Part shown: positions 44,664-55,644 of the stretch, one piece after another
How positions within the stretch are numbered: the stretch's first letter is position 1
How the letters are laid out: every line of letters begins with the position of its first letter
NCBI GenBank assembly: GCA_963846665.1
Contig: CAWJWW010000002.1
Coordinates: 560,733 to 624,732, forward strand
Source: an uncultured Gaiellaceae bacterium
GTDB lineage: Bacteria; Actinomycetota; Thermoleophilia; Gaiellales; Gaiellaceae
Direction of reading: 5' to 3'
Length of the DNA stretch: 64,000 bases
The notes under the pieces: model-generated
What the model was told of the DNA's origin: nothing
Database searches by the model: none
The model's input: the letters and a program-made list of their open reading frames with translations, nothing else
Translations under genes and position numbers: made by a program

Positions 44664-46313
44664 GCGAGCAGCCGACGACGAAGTACGTGTTCGTCACGGG
44701 CGGCGTCGTCTCGGCACTCGGGAAGGGGATCGTCGCCGCATCGCTGGGGCGGCTCCTGAAGGCCAGGGGGCTGCGAGTGCAGGCGCAGAAGTTCGACCCG
44801 TACCTGAACGTCGACCCCGGGACGATGAGCCCGTTCCAGCACGGCGAGGTCTTCGTGACCGAGGACGGGGCCGAGACCGATCTCGACATCGGCCACTACG
44901 AGCGCTTCGTCGACGAGAACATGTCCCGGAACGCCAGCCACAGCGCCGGCTCGATCTGGGAGGCCGTGCTCCGGAAGGAGCGCAAGGGCGAGTTCCTCGG
45001 CGCGACCGTGCAGGTGATCCCGCACATCACGAACGAGATCAAGGCCCGGATCAAGCGCGCCGCGAAGGCTGCGCCGGTCGACGTCGTGATCAGCGAGATC
45101 GGCGGCACCGTCGGCGACATCGAGTCGCTCCCCTTCCTCGAGGCGATCCGCCAGTTCCGGCGCGAGGTCGGCCCGGAGAACGTCCTCTACCTCCACTGCA
45201 CGCTCGTGCCCGTACATCGAGGCGGCGGGCGAGCTGAAGACGAAGCCGACCCAGCACTCCGTCAACGAGCTCCGCCGGATCGGCATCCACCCCGACGTGA
45301 TCGTCTGCCGCTCGCACGAGGAGCTCGACCAGGGGATCAAGGACAAGATCGCGCTCTTCGCCGACGTGGACATCGAGTCGGTGATCGCCTGCCCTGACGT
45401 CAGCGACGTCTATCTCGTCCCGGCCGTCCTGCAGGAACAGGGTCTCGACACGCTCGTCTGCGACAAGCTCGGGATCACGACGGGCCCGACCGAGCTCGGC
45501 GAGTGGCAGACGCTGATGGACCGGATCGGAGAGTCGCGCGACGAGGTGACGATCGCGCTCGTCGGCAAGTACGTGAAGCTGCACGATGCCTACCTCTCGG
45601 TGCACGAGGCGCTCAAGCACGCCGGCCTGCACGAGGGCTGCGACGTGCGCGTCCAGTGGGTCGACGCCGAGAACATGTCCTACGAGGAGGCGGCCGCCCT
45701 GCTCGACGGGGTCGACGGCGTCCTCGTTCCCGGCGGCTTCGGCTCGCGCGGCTGGGAGGGGAAGATCCTCGCCTGCCAGGTCGCGCGCGAGCGAGGAATC
45801 CCGTACCTCGGGATCTGCCTCGGGATGCACGTCGCGGTCTCCGAGTTCGCGCGCCATGTCGCCGGGCTCGAAGGTGCCAACTCGACGGAGATGGATCCGG
45901 AGACGCCGTACCCCGTGATCGACCTCCTGCCGGAGCAGAAGGAGATCGAGGACCTCGGCGGGACGATGCGGCTCGGCGCCCAGGCCGTCGAGCTCGCCGA
46001 GGGGACGCGGACGCGCGAGGTCTATGGCGACGCCGTGATCCACGAGCGCCACCGGCACCGGTACGAGGTCAACAACACGTACCGCTCGCACCTCGTCGAG
46101 CACGGGCTGGTGATCTCGGGCACGTTCCAGGAGGGACGGCTCGTCGAGATCGTCGAGCTCCCGGATCACCCGTGGTTCGTCGCGAGCCAGTTCCATCCCG
46201 AGTTCAAGTCCCGCCCGACGCGGCCCGCGCCGCTCTTCCGGGAGTTCGTCGGGGCAGCGCTCGACCGTGCCCGCGCGCGGGGCGCCGTCGTCGAGCTGCG
46301 CGCCGCGGGCTAG
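44660..46313 (+). pseudogene. pyrG: CTP synthase (frameshift near 45215)
   Basis: [27 protein letters not shown] is in frame 44399. [32 protein letters not shown] is in frame 45297-46313. Confidence 0.9.
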
Positions 46314-46319
46314 AGCCCC

Positions 46320-47451
46320 GTGTCCGCAGCCCTCCCGCTCTTCCTGGAGCTCGCCGCGCTGCCGAGCCCGCCCGGCCGGGAGCGGGCCGTCGCCGACCGG
46401 GTGCTCGCCGAGCTGCACGGCCTCGGGCTCGAGGTGGACGAGGACGACGCGGGCGGGCGGATCGACTCCGAGATCGGCAATCTGCACTGCCGGCTCCCCG
46501 GCCGCGGCGGAGGGCGGGACGCCGATCTTCTTCTGCGCGCATCTCGACACCGTGCCGCCCGCAGGCCGCGATCGAGCCGGTGGTCGGCGAGGACGGGATC
46601 GTCCGGAACGCCGCGGGCACGATCCTCGGCGCCGACAACAAGGCGGCCGTCGTGGCGATGGTCGAGGCTGTGCGCCGGATCGTCGAGGAGGGACGGCCGC
46701 ACGCCGGGGTCGAGCTCGTGCTGACGCCGAAGGAGGAGGTCGGCCTCGTCGGCGCCGGGGCGTTCGACCACACGCGGCTCGAGGCGCGAGCTCGGCTTCG
46801 TCTACGACCAGGCCGGGCCGATCGGCGAGATCGTGCTGGGCGCGCCGTGGTCGCGGACGATGCAGGTGCGCTTCCACGGCCGCGCCGCCCACTCGGGGAT
46901 GGCCCCGGAGGAGGGCAGGTCCGCGATCGCGGCCGCTGCTCGCGCGATCGCCGACCTCCGACTGGGCCGGATCGACGAGGTGACGACCGCGAACGTCGGT
47001 GTGATCGACGGCGGCAGCGCCCGGAACATCGTCCCGGAGTGGTGCACGCTTCCAGGCGGAGGCGCGCTCTCACGACGAAGCGACGCTGATCGGGCTCGTC
47101 CAGGAGATGCAGGAGACGTTCGCCTTCGCCGCGAGCCTCGAGGACTGCACCGTCGAGACCGAGATCAACGAGTCGTTCGGCGGTTACCGGCTGCAGCGCA
47201 GCGACCGCGTCGTCGCGCTCGCCGAGGCGGCCCTCTCGCGCTGCGGCTACGACGTGCGGACCGCGCTCAGCGGCGGCGGCACCGACGGGAACGTCTTCAA
47301 CGGGCGCGGCGTCCCGTGCGTGACCCTCTCGAACGGGATGACCGAGATCCACACCCCGGACGAGCACATCGCCGTCGCCGACCTCGACGCGATGGTGGAC
47401 GTCACCCTCGCCCTCGTGGATCTGGCGCTCGCCGATGCCCCTCGGCCTTAG
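46320..47451 (+). pseudogene. M20 family metallopeptidase (tripeptidase-like; at least 4 frame switches)
   Basis: FFCAHLDTVP..GADNKAAV..LTPKEEVGL..FHGRAAHSGMAPEEG..GGTDGN..IHTPDEH is reassembled from frames 46320, 46267, 45503, 46833 and 47107. Confidence 0.75.
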
Positions 47452-48370
47452 ACGCGGCACCGTCACCGCGGTCACCGAGACGCGCGAGCGCCTCGTCCGG
47501 CTCGAGGTCGACGGGATCGCCTGCGTGGCCTATCCCCGGCTGACCGGCTCCGTCGAGGTGGGCGACGAGGTGGTCGTGAACGAGCAGGCGCGCCTGCTCG
47601 GGCTCGGCTCGGGCGGCTTCGACGTCCTCTACGCGAACCTGACGCGCGGGCTCGGCCTGGAGCCCGAGCGGGGCGCGCACGTGATGGCGCTGCCGTACAC
47701 GCCTGGCCAGGTCGCGCTCCGCCGCGCCGAGGAGGAGGGCGAGCTCACCGGAGAGCTCGACGGCCGTCCCGTCGTCCTCTGCACGCTGCACAGCCAGCTG
47801 GCGCCCGTCTGCGCTGCGCTCGCGGGCCTCCGGGTCGCGTACCTCCAGGTCGGCGGCGGCGCGCTGCCCGTGTCGCTCTCGGACACCGTGGTCGCGCTGA
47901 AGGAGCGCGGCCTGCTCGAGGCGGCGGTCGCGGTCGCGCCCTGCCTCGACGGCGACGTGGACGTCGTCAGCGTGGCGGCGCGGCCTCGCCTGGGCGGCCA
48001 CGCAGGGGAACGAGGCGATCGTCTGCGGAGTCGGTCCGGGAATCGTCGGCACCGGCACCGGGCTCGGCCACGGAGCGCTGGCGCTGGCCGAGGCCGCGAA
48101 CGCCGCCGGGACGCTCGGTGGGACGCCGGTGCTGGCCGTGCGGACATCGGAGGCCGACCCCCGCGGACGCCACCGGGGCGTCTCGCACCACGCCGAAGCG
48201 GTGCGGCGCTTCGCCCACGTCCCTCTACACGTCGCCGCCGCCGAGGACGGCGAGGGCTGGGAGCAGGCGTGCGCCGGCCTGCCGCTCTCCCACATGGGGC
48301 GAGGCCCCGACGAGGATCCGGCGTTCTTCCGGGCCGCCTACGCCGCCGGGCGTCGCGGCGCGCAGCCTGA
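47435..48370 (+). pseudogene. DUF3866 family protein (frameshift near 47985; 3' end uncertain)
   Basis: GTVTAVTETRERLVRLEVDG..GSGGFDVLYANLT..LHSQLAP. The continuation IVCGVGPGIVGTGTGLGHG..RGRHRGVSHH is in frame 48129. Confidence 0.65.
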
Positions 48371-48377
48371 TCCGCTG

Positions 48378-49155
48378 ATGGAGGAGCGCCGCCTCGGGCC
48401 GGTCGTCGGGCTCGGGACGTGGAACACGTTCGGCGGCGACGCGGACGCTCGCGCGCGACGTCGTCGCCGCGGCGCTCGACGCCGGCGTCCGCAACATGCG
48501 ACTCCTCGCCGATGTACGGCGGCGCGGAGGCCTCGCTCGGGCAGGCGCTCGACGGCCGCCGCGAGGAGGCGAGCGTGTTGACGAAGATCTGGACGCCTCC
48601 GCCGAGGAGGCGCGGGCGCAGCTCGCCGCGCAGCTCGGCCGGTACGGCCGCGTCGACGTCGGAACAGGTGCACAACCTCGTGGCCTGGCGCGAGCACCTG
48701 CCCTGGCTCGAGGAGGAGCGGGCGGCCGGCCGGATCGGGCGGATCGGCGTCACCCACTACGCCGCGAGCGCGTTCGACGAGCTCGAGACCGCGCTCCGAA
48801 CGGGCCGGTTCGAGACCGTCCAGGTGCCGCTGAACCCGCACCAGCGCGAGTGTGAGAACCGGATCCTTCCGCTCGCGGCGGAGCTCGGAGTCGCCGTGAT
48901 CGTGATGCGGCCGCTCGGCGAGGGCGCCCTGCTGCAGCCGACCGCCTGCCTGCCGCCGCACTCGAGCCGCTCGCCCCCTTCGGCGTCACGACATGGGCGC
49001 AGGCGCTGCTCAAGTGGGCCCTCTCCGACCCGCGCGTCGACCTCGTGATCCCCGCGACCTCGCGCCCCGAGCGGACGAGGGAGAACGCTGCCGCCGGCGA
49101 GCCGCCCTGGTTCGGGGCCGACGAGCGCGCGCTCGTCGAGCGGCTCGCCGCCTGA
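48378..49155 (+). pseudogene. aldo/keto reductase (several frame switches)
   Basis: [72 protein letters not shown] is pieced together from three frames. Confidence 0.75.
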
Positions 49156-49230
49156 ACCGCCGCCGAGCACCACACGTTCGCTGGTCGAACGCAACGGCCA
49201 CCATGCGTTCGCCGCCTCGTGCTCGCGCTG

Positions 49231-49236
49231 TATCGT
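49231..49236 (+). promoter_or_regulatory. -10-like hexamer TATCGT, 9 nt upstream of ald ATG
   Basis: TATCGT-tgcgcccgc-ATG(49246) read directly. Confidence 0.35.
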
Positions 49237-49245
49237 TGCGCCCGC

Positions 49246-50350
49246 ATGAGGATCGGAGTCGCCAAGGAGATCAAGCCCCAGGAGTACCGCGTCGCGCTGA
49301 CGCCTGCCGGCGCGCGCGAGCTCGCCCAGCGCGGGCACGAGGTCGTCGTCGAGGCCGGCGCCGGGCTCGGCAGCTCCTTCTCCGACGAGGCCTACGAGGC
49401 CACGGGCGCCCGGATCGCGAGCGTGGACGAGGTCTGGGAGAGCGCCGACCTGCTGCTCAAGGTCAAGGAGCCGATCGCCTCCGAGTACCCGCGCCTCCGC
49501 GAGGGGCTCGTCCTCTTCACGTACCTGCACATCGCCGCCGACGAGCCGCTCACGCGCGCGCTCGTGGACAGCGGGATCACCGCCGTCGCCTACGAGACCG
49601 TGGAGACCGACGACCGCCGGCTGCCGCTCCTGGCGCCGATGAGCGAGGTCGCGGGCCGGCTCGCCGCCCAGGCGGGCGCCCACTACCTCGAGAAGCCGAA
49701 GGGCGGCCGTGGCCTGCTGCTCGGCGGCGTCCCCGGCGTCCAGCCCGGCAAGGTCGTCGTGATCGGCGGCGGGATCGTGGGCTACAACGCCGCCGTGATC
49801 GCGCTCGGGCTCGGCGCGCAGGTGACGATCCTCGAGCGCTCCGTCGACCGGATGCGCCACCTCGAGGAGACGATGCACGGCCGCGTCAGCCTCGTCATGT
49901 CCTCGACGCTGCAGATCGAGGAGTCGGTCGCAGGACGCCGACGTCGTGATCGGCGCCGTCCTGATCCCCGGCGCGCTCGCGCCGAAGCTGCTGACGCGCG
50001 AGATGGTCAAGGGGATGAAGCAGGGGAGCGTCTTCTGCGACGTCGCGATCGACCAGGGCGGCTGCGCCGAGACCTCACACGCGACCACGCACGACGACCC
50101 GATCTACGAGGTCGACGGCGTCATCCACTACTGCGTCGCGAACATGCCCGGCGCCGTCCCGATCACCTCGACGATGGCGCTCACGAACGTGACGCTCCCC
50201 TACGTCGAGGCGATCGCGACGCACGGCCTCGACGAGGCGATCGCCCGCGACGCCGCGCTCGCCCGCGGGGTCAACGTCGTCGAGGGACGCATCACGTACG
50301 AGGCCGTCGCGCAGGCGCACGACCTCGAGTACTCGCCGCTCGGCGTCTAG
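49246..50350 (+). pseudogene. ald: alanine dehydrogenase (frameshift near 49935)
   Basis: MRIGVAKEIKPQEYRVALTP..VIGGGIVG is in frame 49219. ADVVIGAVLIPGA..DVAIDQGG..HYCVANMPG is in frame 49946-50350. Confidence 0.9.
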
Positions 50351-50506
50351 GCCGCGATCGGGCGTCGTCGGCGGCTTGCGCCGCCTTCGCGCTCTTGGAC
50401 GGGCTCAGCTTGACGACGGCCCACGTCACGGTCGCCGCGAGGCCGACGATCGCCGACCATGTAGACGACGAGCAGGATGAGGCCGAGGACGGTGTCCATC
50501 GCGCCG

Positions 50507-50512
50507 TAGACT
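50507..50512 (+). promoter_or_regulatory. -10-like hexamer TAGACT, 6 nt upstream of deoB ATG
   Basis: TAGACT-accggc-ATG(50519) read directly. Confidence 0.45.
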
Positions 50513-50518
50513 ACCGGC

Positions 50519-51689
50519 ATGCCGCGTGCGTGCGTGATCGTGCTCGACGCCGTCGGTGCAGGGGAGTTGCCGGACGCGGCCCAGTACGGAGACGAGGGGT
50601 CGAACACGATCGGCAACGTCGCCAGCGCCGTCGGAGGCCTCGACCTGCCCGCGCTCGAGGCGCTCGGGCTCGGCAACGCGCTCCCGCTCGAGGGCTGCCC
50701 GCCCCAGCCGGGCGCGCCGGCGGTCGCGGGCCGCCTCGTCGAGCGCTCGAAGGGGAAGGACACGACCACGGGGCACTGGGAGCTGATGGGCGTCGTCACC
50801 CCGACCGCGATGCCGACCTACCCGCACGGGTTCCCGCACGACGTGATCGACCCGTTCATGAACCGGACGGCGCGCGGCGTGCTCGGGAACAAGCCCGCGT
50901 CCGGCACGGACATCATCGACGAGCTCGGCGAGGAGCACCAGAAGACGGGCAAGTGGATCGTCTACACGTCCGCCGACTCCGTCTTCCAGATCGCCGCCCA
51001 CGAGGAGACGATCCCGCTCGAGGAGCTCTACGACGGGCTGCCGCGTCGCGCGCGAGATCCTCACCGGCAAGCACGCGGTCGGCCGGGTGATCGCCCGCCC
51101 GTTCACCGGCGAGCCCGGAGAGCTACGAGCGGACAGCGAACCGCCATGACTTCTCGCTGGAGCCTGCGCCGGCCGAACTACCTCTCCCTCGTTCGCGACG
51201 CGCGGGAACACCGTCCACGGCGTCGGCAAGATCGGCGACATCTACGCGGGCTGCGACATCGACGAGTCGCATCCGACGAAGTCGAACGTGGACGGGATCA
51301 ACCAGACCGTCGAGCTGCTCCAGACGGTCGACGACGCGTTCGTCTTCACGAACCTCGTCGAGACGGACATGCTCTGGGGGCACCGCAACGACCCGGTCAA
51401 CTTCCACCGCTGCCTCCAGGACTTCGACCGCCGGCTGGAGGACATCCTCGAGGCGCTGCGGCCGGGCGACCTGCTGATCATCACGTCCGACCACGGCTGC
51501 GACCCGACGACACCGTCGACCGACCATTCGCGCGAGCACGCGCTGCTCCTGGCCTACGCGGCGGGGCGGAACGCGCGCGGAGCCGTGCACGAGGGCGAGT
51601 TCGGCGACGTCGGCGCCACGGTGAACGCCTGGCTCGGCGGCAAGTCGCCGGGCCGCGGGATCCCCGGCACCCCGATCCTGACGCCGTGA
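50519..51689 (+). pseudogene. deoB: phosphopentomutase (at least 3 frame switches)
   Basis: [39 protein letters not shown] is in frame 50519. [32 protein letters not shown] is in frame 51288-51689. Confidence 0.85.
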
Positions 51690-52408
51690 GGCTCGACAAC
51701 CCGCTCGTCGTCCAGTGGGAGTACGCGAGCGAGGAGCGGCTCGCGACGCGGAACCAGGTCGTCCGCGCGCTCGATCCGGGGGACGAATCCCGAGGAGGTC
51801 GCGTTCGCGGCCGTCGCGGAGGCGCGGCCCGCCCGCGTGCTGGAGGTCGGCTGCGGGATGGGCGAGATGGCGGTCCGGATCCGCGACGAGCTCGGCGTCG
51901 AGGTCGTCGCGCAGGACATCTCGCCCCGGATGGTGGAGTCGACCCGCGCGGCGGGGATCGCGGCGGAGATCGGGGACGTCGAGAGCCTCCCGTACCCGGA
52001 CGAGAGCTTCGACTGCGTCGTCGCGAACTGGGTGCTCTACCACCTTCCCGACCTGGCGCTCGGCGTGCGCGAGGTGGCCCGTGTCCTGCGCCCGGGCGGG
52101 CGGCTGGTCGCGGCCACCCTGGGGGACGGGAACATGCGGGAGCTCTGGGAGCTGATCGGCGGCACTGCGACGAGCGGGCTCTCGTTCAGCTGCGCCAATG
52201 GCGCGAGCGTGCTCGAGCCGGTCTTCACCCGCGTCGAGCGGCAGGCCGGCGGACGGGCAGATGAGCTTTCCCGACCGCGAGTCGATCCGGCGCTACGTCG
52301 CCGCGACGACGACGCGCTCGCACCTCGCGGACAACGTGCCCGAGCTCGACGGCCCGTTCACGGCGAGCTCCGCCGCACTGCGTCTTCGTCGCGGAGAAGC
52401 CGGCGTGA
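51686..52408 (+). pseudogene. class I SAM-dependent methyltransferase, tandem paralog 1 (frame switches)
   Basis: [57 protein letters not shown]. The corrected tail VFVAEKPA-stop overlaps the next GTG. Confidence 0.7.
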
Positions 52409-53117
52409 GGCTGAACGACCCGGAGACGGTTGCTCAGGAGTACGCGAGCGAGGAGCCGCTGCTCGGACGGCGCGACGCGTTCCGCTACTCCGAGGGGCCC
52501 GACGCGCCCGCCCTCGCGGTCGCGGCAGTCCTGGAGGCACGTCCGGGGCGCGTGCTCGAGGTCGGCTGCGGCCCCGGGGAGGCCGCGCAGAAGATCGCCG
52601 CGAGCGGCGCGGCGGTCGAGGCGGTCGACGTCTCGGAGCGGATGGTCGAGCTCGCTCGCGCGCGCGGCGTCGACGCGCGGGTCGGCGACGTCCAGGAGCT
52701 GCGCCTTCGAGGACGGGGCCTTCGACTGCGCGTGCTCGCGGCCTGGATGCTCTACCACGTCCCCGACGTCGACCGCGGGCTCGCCGAGCTCGCTCGGGTG
52801 CTCGCGCCCGGGCGGCCGACTCGTGGCCGTCACGAACCGGCGCGAGCACCTCGGGAGCTGCGCGACCTGCGTCGGCGGGGTCGAGCAGCCGGCACGTCTT
52901 CGCGACACCAGACGGCGCGCGAGCTGCTGGCCGCCAGCTTCGCGCGAGGTCGAGGAGCGCGACGCCGTGAGCACGGATCGCGTTCCCGACCGGAACGCCG
53001 TCGACGCGGCTACGTCAGGCGTCCTGGGGGCTCGGGCGAGCGACCTCGCCGGCCGACTGCTCGACGGGCCGTTGCGTCGTGCGTGCGGCGCCGGTGATCT
53101 ACGTGGCGACGAAATGA
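52405..53117 (+). pseudogene. class I SAM-dependent methyltransferase, tandem paralog 2 (frame switches)
   Basis: VRLNDPETVAQEYASEE..VLEVGCGPGEAA..ELPFEDGAFDC..WMLYHVPD..LAPGGRLVAV. The corrected tail PVIYVATK-stop overlaps the deoA ATG (ATGA). Confidence 0.7.
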
Positions 53118-54420
53118 TCCGCCCGCGGAGCTGATCGAGCGCAAGCGGAACGGCGAGGAGCTCTCGGCCGGAGAGCTCGTCGGAGCTGATCCTCGGCTAC
53201 GCGCACGGCGAGGTGTCCGGACTACCAGCTCGCCGCGTTCTGCATGGCCGTCTACTTCCGCGGGCTGACGGCGGCCGAGACGTTCGCGCTCACCGACGCG
53301 ATGATCCGGAGCGGCCGCGACGACTCGACCTCGGGTCGCCGCGCTCGGCCGCAAGGTCGTCGACAAGCACTCGACGGGCGGCGTGGGCGACAAGACGTCG
53401 ATCGCCGTCGGCCCGATCGTCGCGGCGTGCGGCGTGCCGGTCGGGAAGATGAGCGGCCGCGGCCTCGGCCACACCGGCGGCACGCTCGACAAGCTCGAGG
53501 CGATCCCCGGCTTCCGCGTCGACCTCTCCGTGGACGACTTCGTCGCGCAGGTGCGCGAGATCGGGCTGGCGATCGTCGGCCAGACCGACGACCTCGTGCC
53601 CGGCCGACAAGCAGCTCTACGCGCTCCGCGACGTGACTGCGACCGTCGGACATCGTCCCGCTGATCGCCTCCTCGATCATGTCCAAGAAGCTCGCCGGAG
53701 GCGCCGACGCGATCGTGCTCGACGTCAAGGTCGGCGACGGCGCGTTCATGAAGACGCTGGAGGACGCACGCGTGCTCGCGCACGCCGATGCTCGAGCTCG
53801 GGCAGGAGGCGGGCAAGGAGGTCGTCTGCCTGCTCACCGACATGGAGCAGCCGCTCGGCGCCGCGGTCGGGAACGCGCTCGAGATCGCCGAGGCGCGCGA
53901 CACCGTCCGCGGCGAGGGCCCGCCCGACTTCACCGAGCTCGTGCTCGACGCCTGCGCGCGGCTGCTCGCGCTCTCCGACCTCGGGATCGACGCCGAGGAG
54001 GGACGGCGGCGGGCCGAGGCGGCGGTCGCCGACGGCTCGGCGCTCGACGTCTACGAGCGCTGGATCCGGGCGCAGGGCGGCGACCCCGATCCTGACGTGC
54101 TGCCGCGTGCTCCCGTGATCCGGGAGGTGACGGCTCCGCGGGCGGGAACGGTGACGCGGCTCGGCGCGATCGACGTCGGCATGGCCGCCGTGCATCTCGG
54201 GGCCGGCCGCCAGGCGAAGGGCGACGCGATCGACCACGCCGTCGGCGTCGTCTGCCGCGTCAAGCGGGGACAGGCCGTCGAGCAGGGGGAGACGCTCGCC
54301 GAGATCCACGCTCGTGACGAGGCGGCGGGCGGAGCTGCCGCCGCCGAGGTGCTCGCGGCGTACACGCTCGGGGACGAGGCGCCCACCGAGCATCCGATCC
54401 TCCTCGACGTCGTTGCCTGA
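53114..54420 (+). pseudogene. deoA: thymidine / pyrimidine-nucleoside phosphorylase (about 8 frame switches)
   Basis: [90 protein letters not shown] is reassembled across all three frames. Confidence 0.85.
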
Positions 54421-55234
54421 GCTGCCCGAGGTCGAGACCGTCCGGCGGCGGATCGCCCCGGCGCTCGAGGGCCGGCGGCTGGACGAGGTGGAGATCGAGG
54501 ACGCGCGCCTGACGCGGCCCCACGACCCGGTCGAGGTCGCCGCCGAGCTGCGCGGGGAGCGCGTCTCCGAGGTCGACCGCCGGGGCAAGTACCTGATCGT
54601 CCGCTTCGACTCCGGCCGGGCGCTCCTGATCCACCTGCGGATGACGGGGTCGCTCCGCGCCGACGCGCTCGAGGGCGATGCCCACCGCCGCGCGCTCCTG
54701 ACGCTCGACGACGGCTCGCGGGTCGCCTACAAGGACGTGCGCCGCTTCGGGACGTGGCTCCTCCTCGAGCCGGACGAGGTCGAGCCCGTACCTCGCGCGA
54801 GCGCCTGGGCGAGGAGCCGCTGCTCGAGCGCTTCACGACGCGGAGCCTGCGCGAGCGGCTCGCCGGCCGCCGGGCACCGCTCAAGGCGGCGCTGCTCGAC
54901 CAGCGCGACGCTCGCGGGCCTCGGGAACATCTACGTCGACGAGGCGCTCTGGTACGCGAAGCTGAATCCGCTCCGCGAGGCCGGGCACGCTCGCCGCCCG
55001 GAGGCCAGGCGGCTGCACGCGGCGATCCGGAAGGCGCTCGAGCTCGGGATCGCCCGCCAGGGCTCGACGCTCTCCGACTACCGCCTCCCGGACGGCTCCA
55101 GCGGGACGATGCAGCAGGAGTTCAGGGCCTACGGGCGCACGGACGAGCCGTGCGACCGCTGCGGCACGACCCTCGTCAAGACACGGGTCGGCGGGCGGAG
55201 CACCTGGTACTGCCCCTCCTGCCAGCCGCTCTGA
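54413..55234 (+). pseudogene. mutM: formamidopyrimidine-DNA glycosylase (TTG start; 2 frame switches)
   Basis: TTG-CCT-GAG-CTG-CCC-GAG gives (M)PELPEVETVRR. Also GKYLI..HLRMTG..LGNIYVDEAL and the zinc finger CDRCGTTLV..TWYCPSCQ. Switches lie near 54790 and 54905. Confidence 0.85.
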
Positions 55235-55237
55235 CGG

Positions 55238-55323
55238 GAGTTTGTGTTGCAACAACACAAGCTCTTGTCCTCCCGCTCAGCTCAGGGAGAGAGCAGAACC
55301 TTGTGTTGTTGCAACACAAAGTC
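55238..55323. repeat. composite of palindrome copies v and vi in inverted orientation around a third hairpin (between convergent fpg and grx)
   Basis: v = AGTTTGTGTTGCAACAACACAAGCT (55239-63). vi = ACCTTGTGTTGTTGCAACACAAAGT (55298-322), close to the reverse complement of v. The centre holds CTCCC-gctcagctca-GGGAG. The whole 86 bp is an imperfect inverted repeat. Confidence 0.85.
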
Positions 55324-55328
55324 CCGGC

Positions 55329-55583
55329 TCAGGCGGCGAGGCGCTCCTCGAGGTCGCCGGAGCGATCGAGCCGGTAGAGCTCGGAGTAGCCGCCGACGGG
55401 CTCGCCGTCGATCAGGATCTGGGGAACCGTCGTTCCGCCGGTGAGCTCGCGCAGCCGCTCGCGGAACCGCGGCTCGTCGTCGAGGAAGATCTCCTCGTAG
55501 TCGAGGCCGCGCGAGTCGAGCAACATCTTGGCGCGGACGCAGAACGGGCACCATCTCGTCGTATAGAGCTGAATCGTCTTCAT
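55329..55583 (-). CDS. glutaredoxin family protein
   Basis: 84 aa. IQLYTTRWCPFCVRAKMLL..TVPQILIDGEPVGG. Confidence 0.9.
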   Translation of the reverse strand: MKTIQLYTTRWCPFCVRAKMLLDSRGLDYEEIFLDDEPRFRERLRELTGGTTVPQILIDGEPVGGYSELYRLDRSGDLEERLAA

Positions 55584-55600
55584 ATGCGTTACAACGCATA
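55583..55600. promoter_or_regulatory. 18-bp AT-rich palindrome abutting the glutaredoxin start codon (candidate operator in the grx/recO divergent region)
   Basis: TATGCGTT-AC-AACGCATA. Its first base is part of the grx ATG on the minus strand. Confidence 0.35.
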
Positions 55601-55632
55601 AGCGGCCGAAACGGTTCCCCCGCCCCCGTCTC

Positions 55633-55638
55633 TAGACT
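55633..55638 (+). promoter_or_regulatory. -10-like hexamer TAGACT, 6 nt upstream of recO ATG
   Basis: TAGACT-cgctgg-ATG(55645) read directly. Confidence 0.45.
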
Positions 55639-55644
55639 CGCTGG

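Noticed and set aside
50347-50520. Small hydrophobic minus-strand ORF between ald and deoB (MDTVLGLILLVVYMVG..).
   Set aside because: A plausible TM peptide appears only after an assumed frameshift (..IVGLAATVTWAVVKL..). No start-site signal is evident, and it could be chance in GC-rich DNA.
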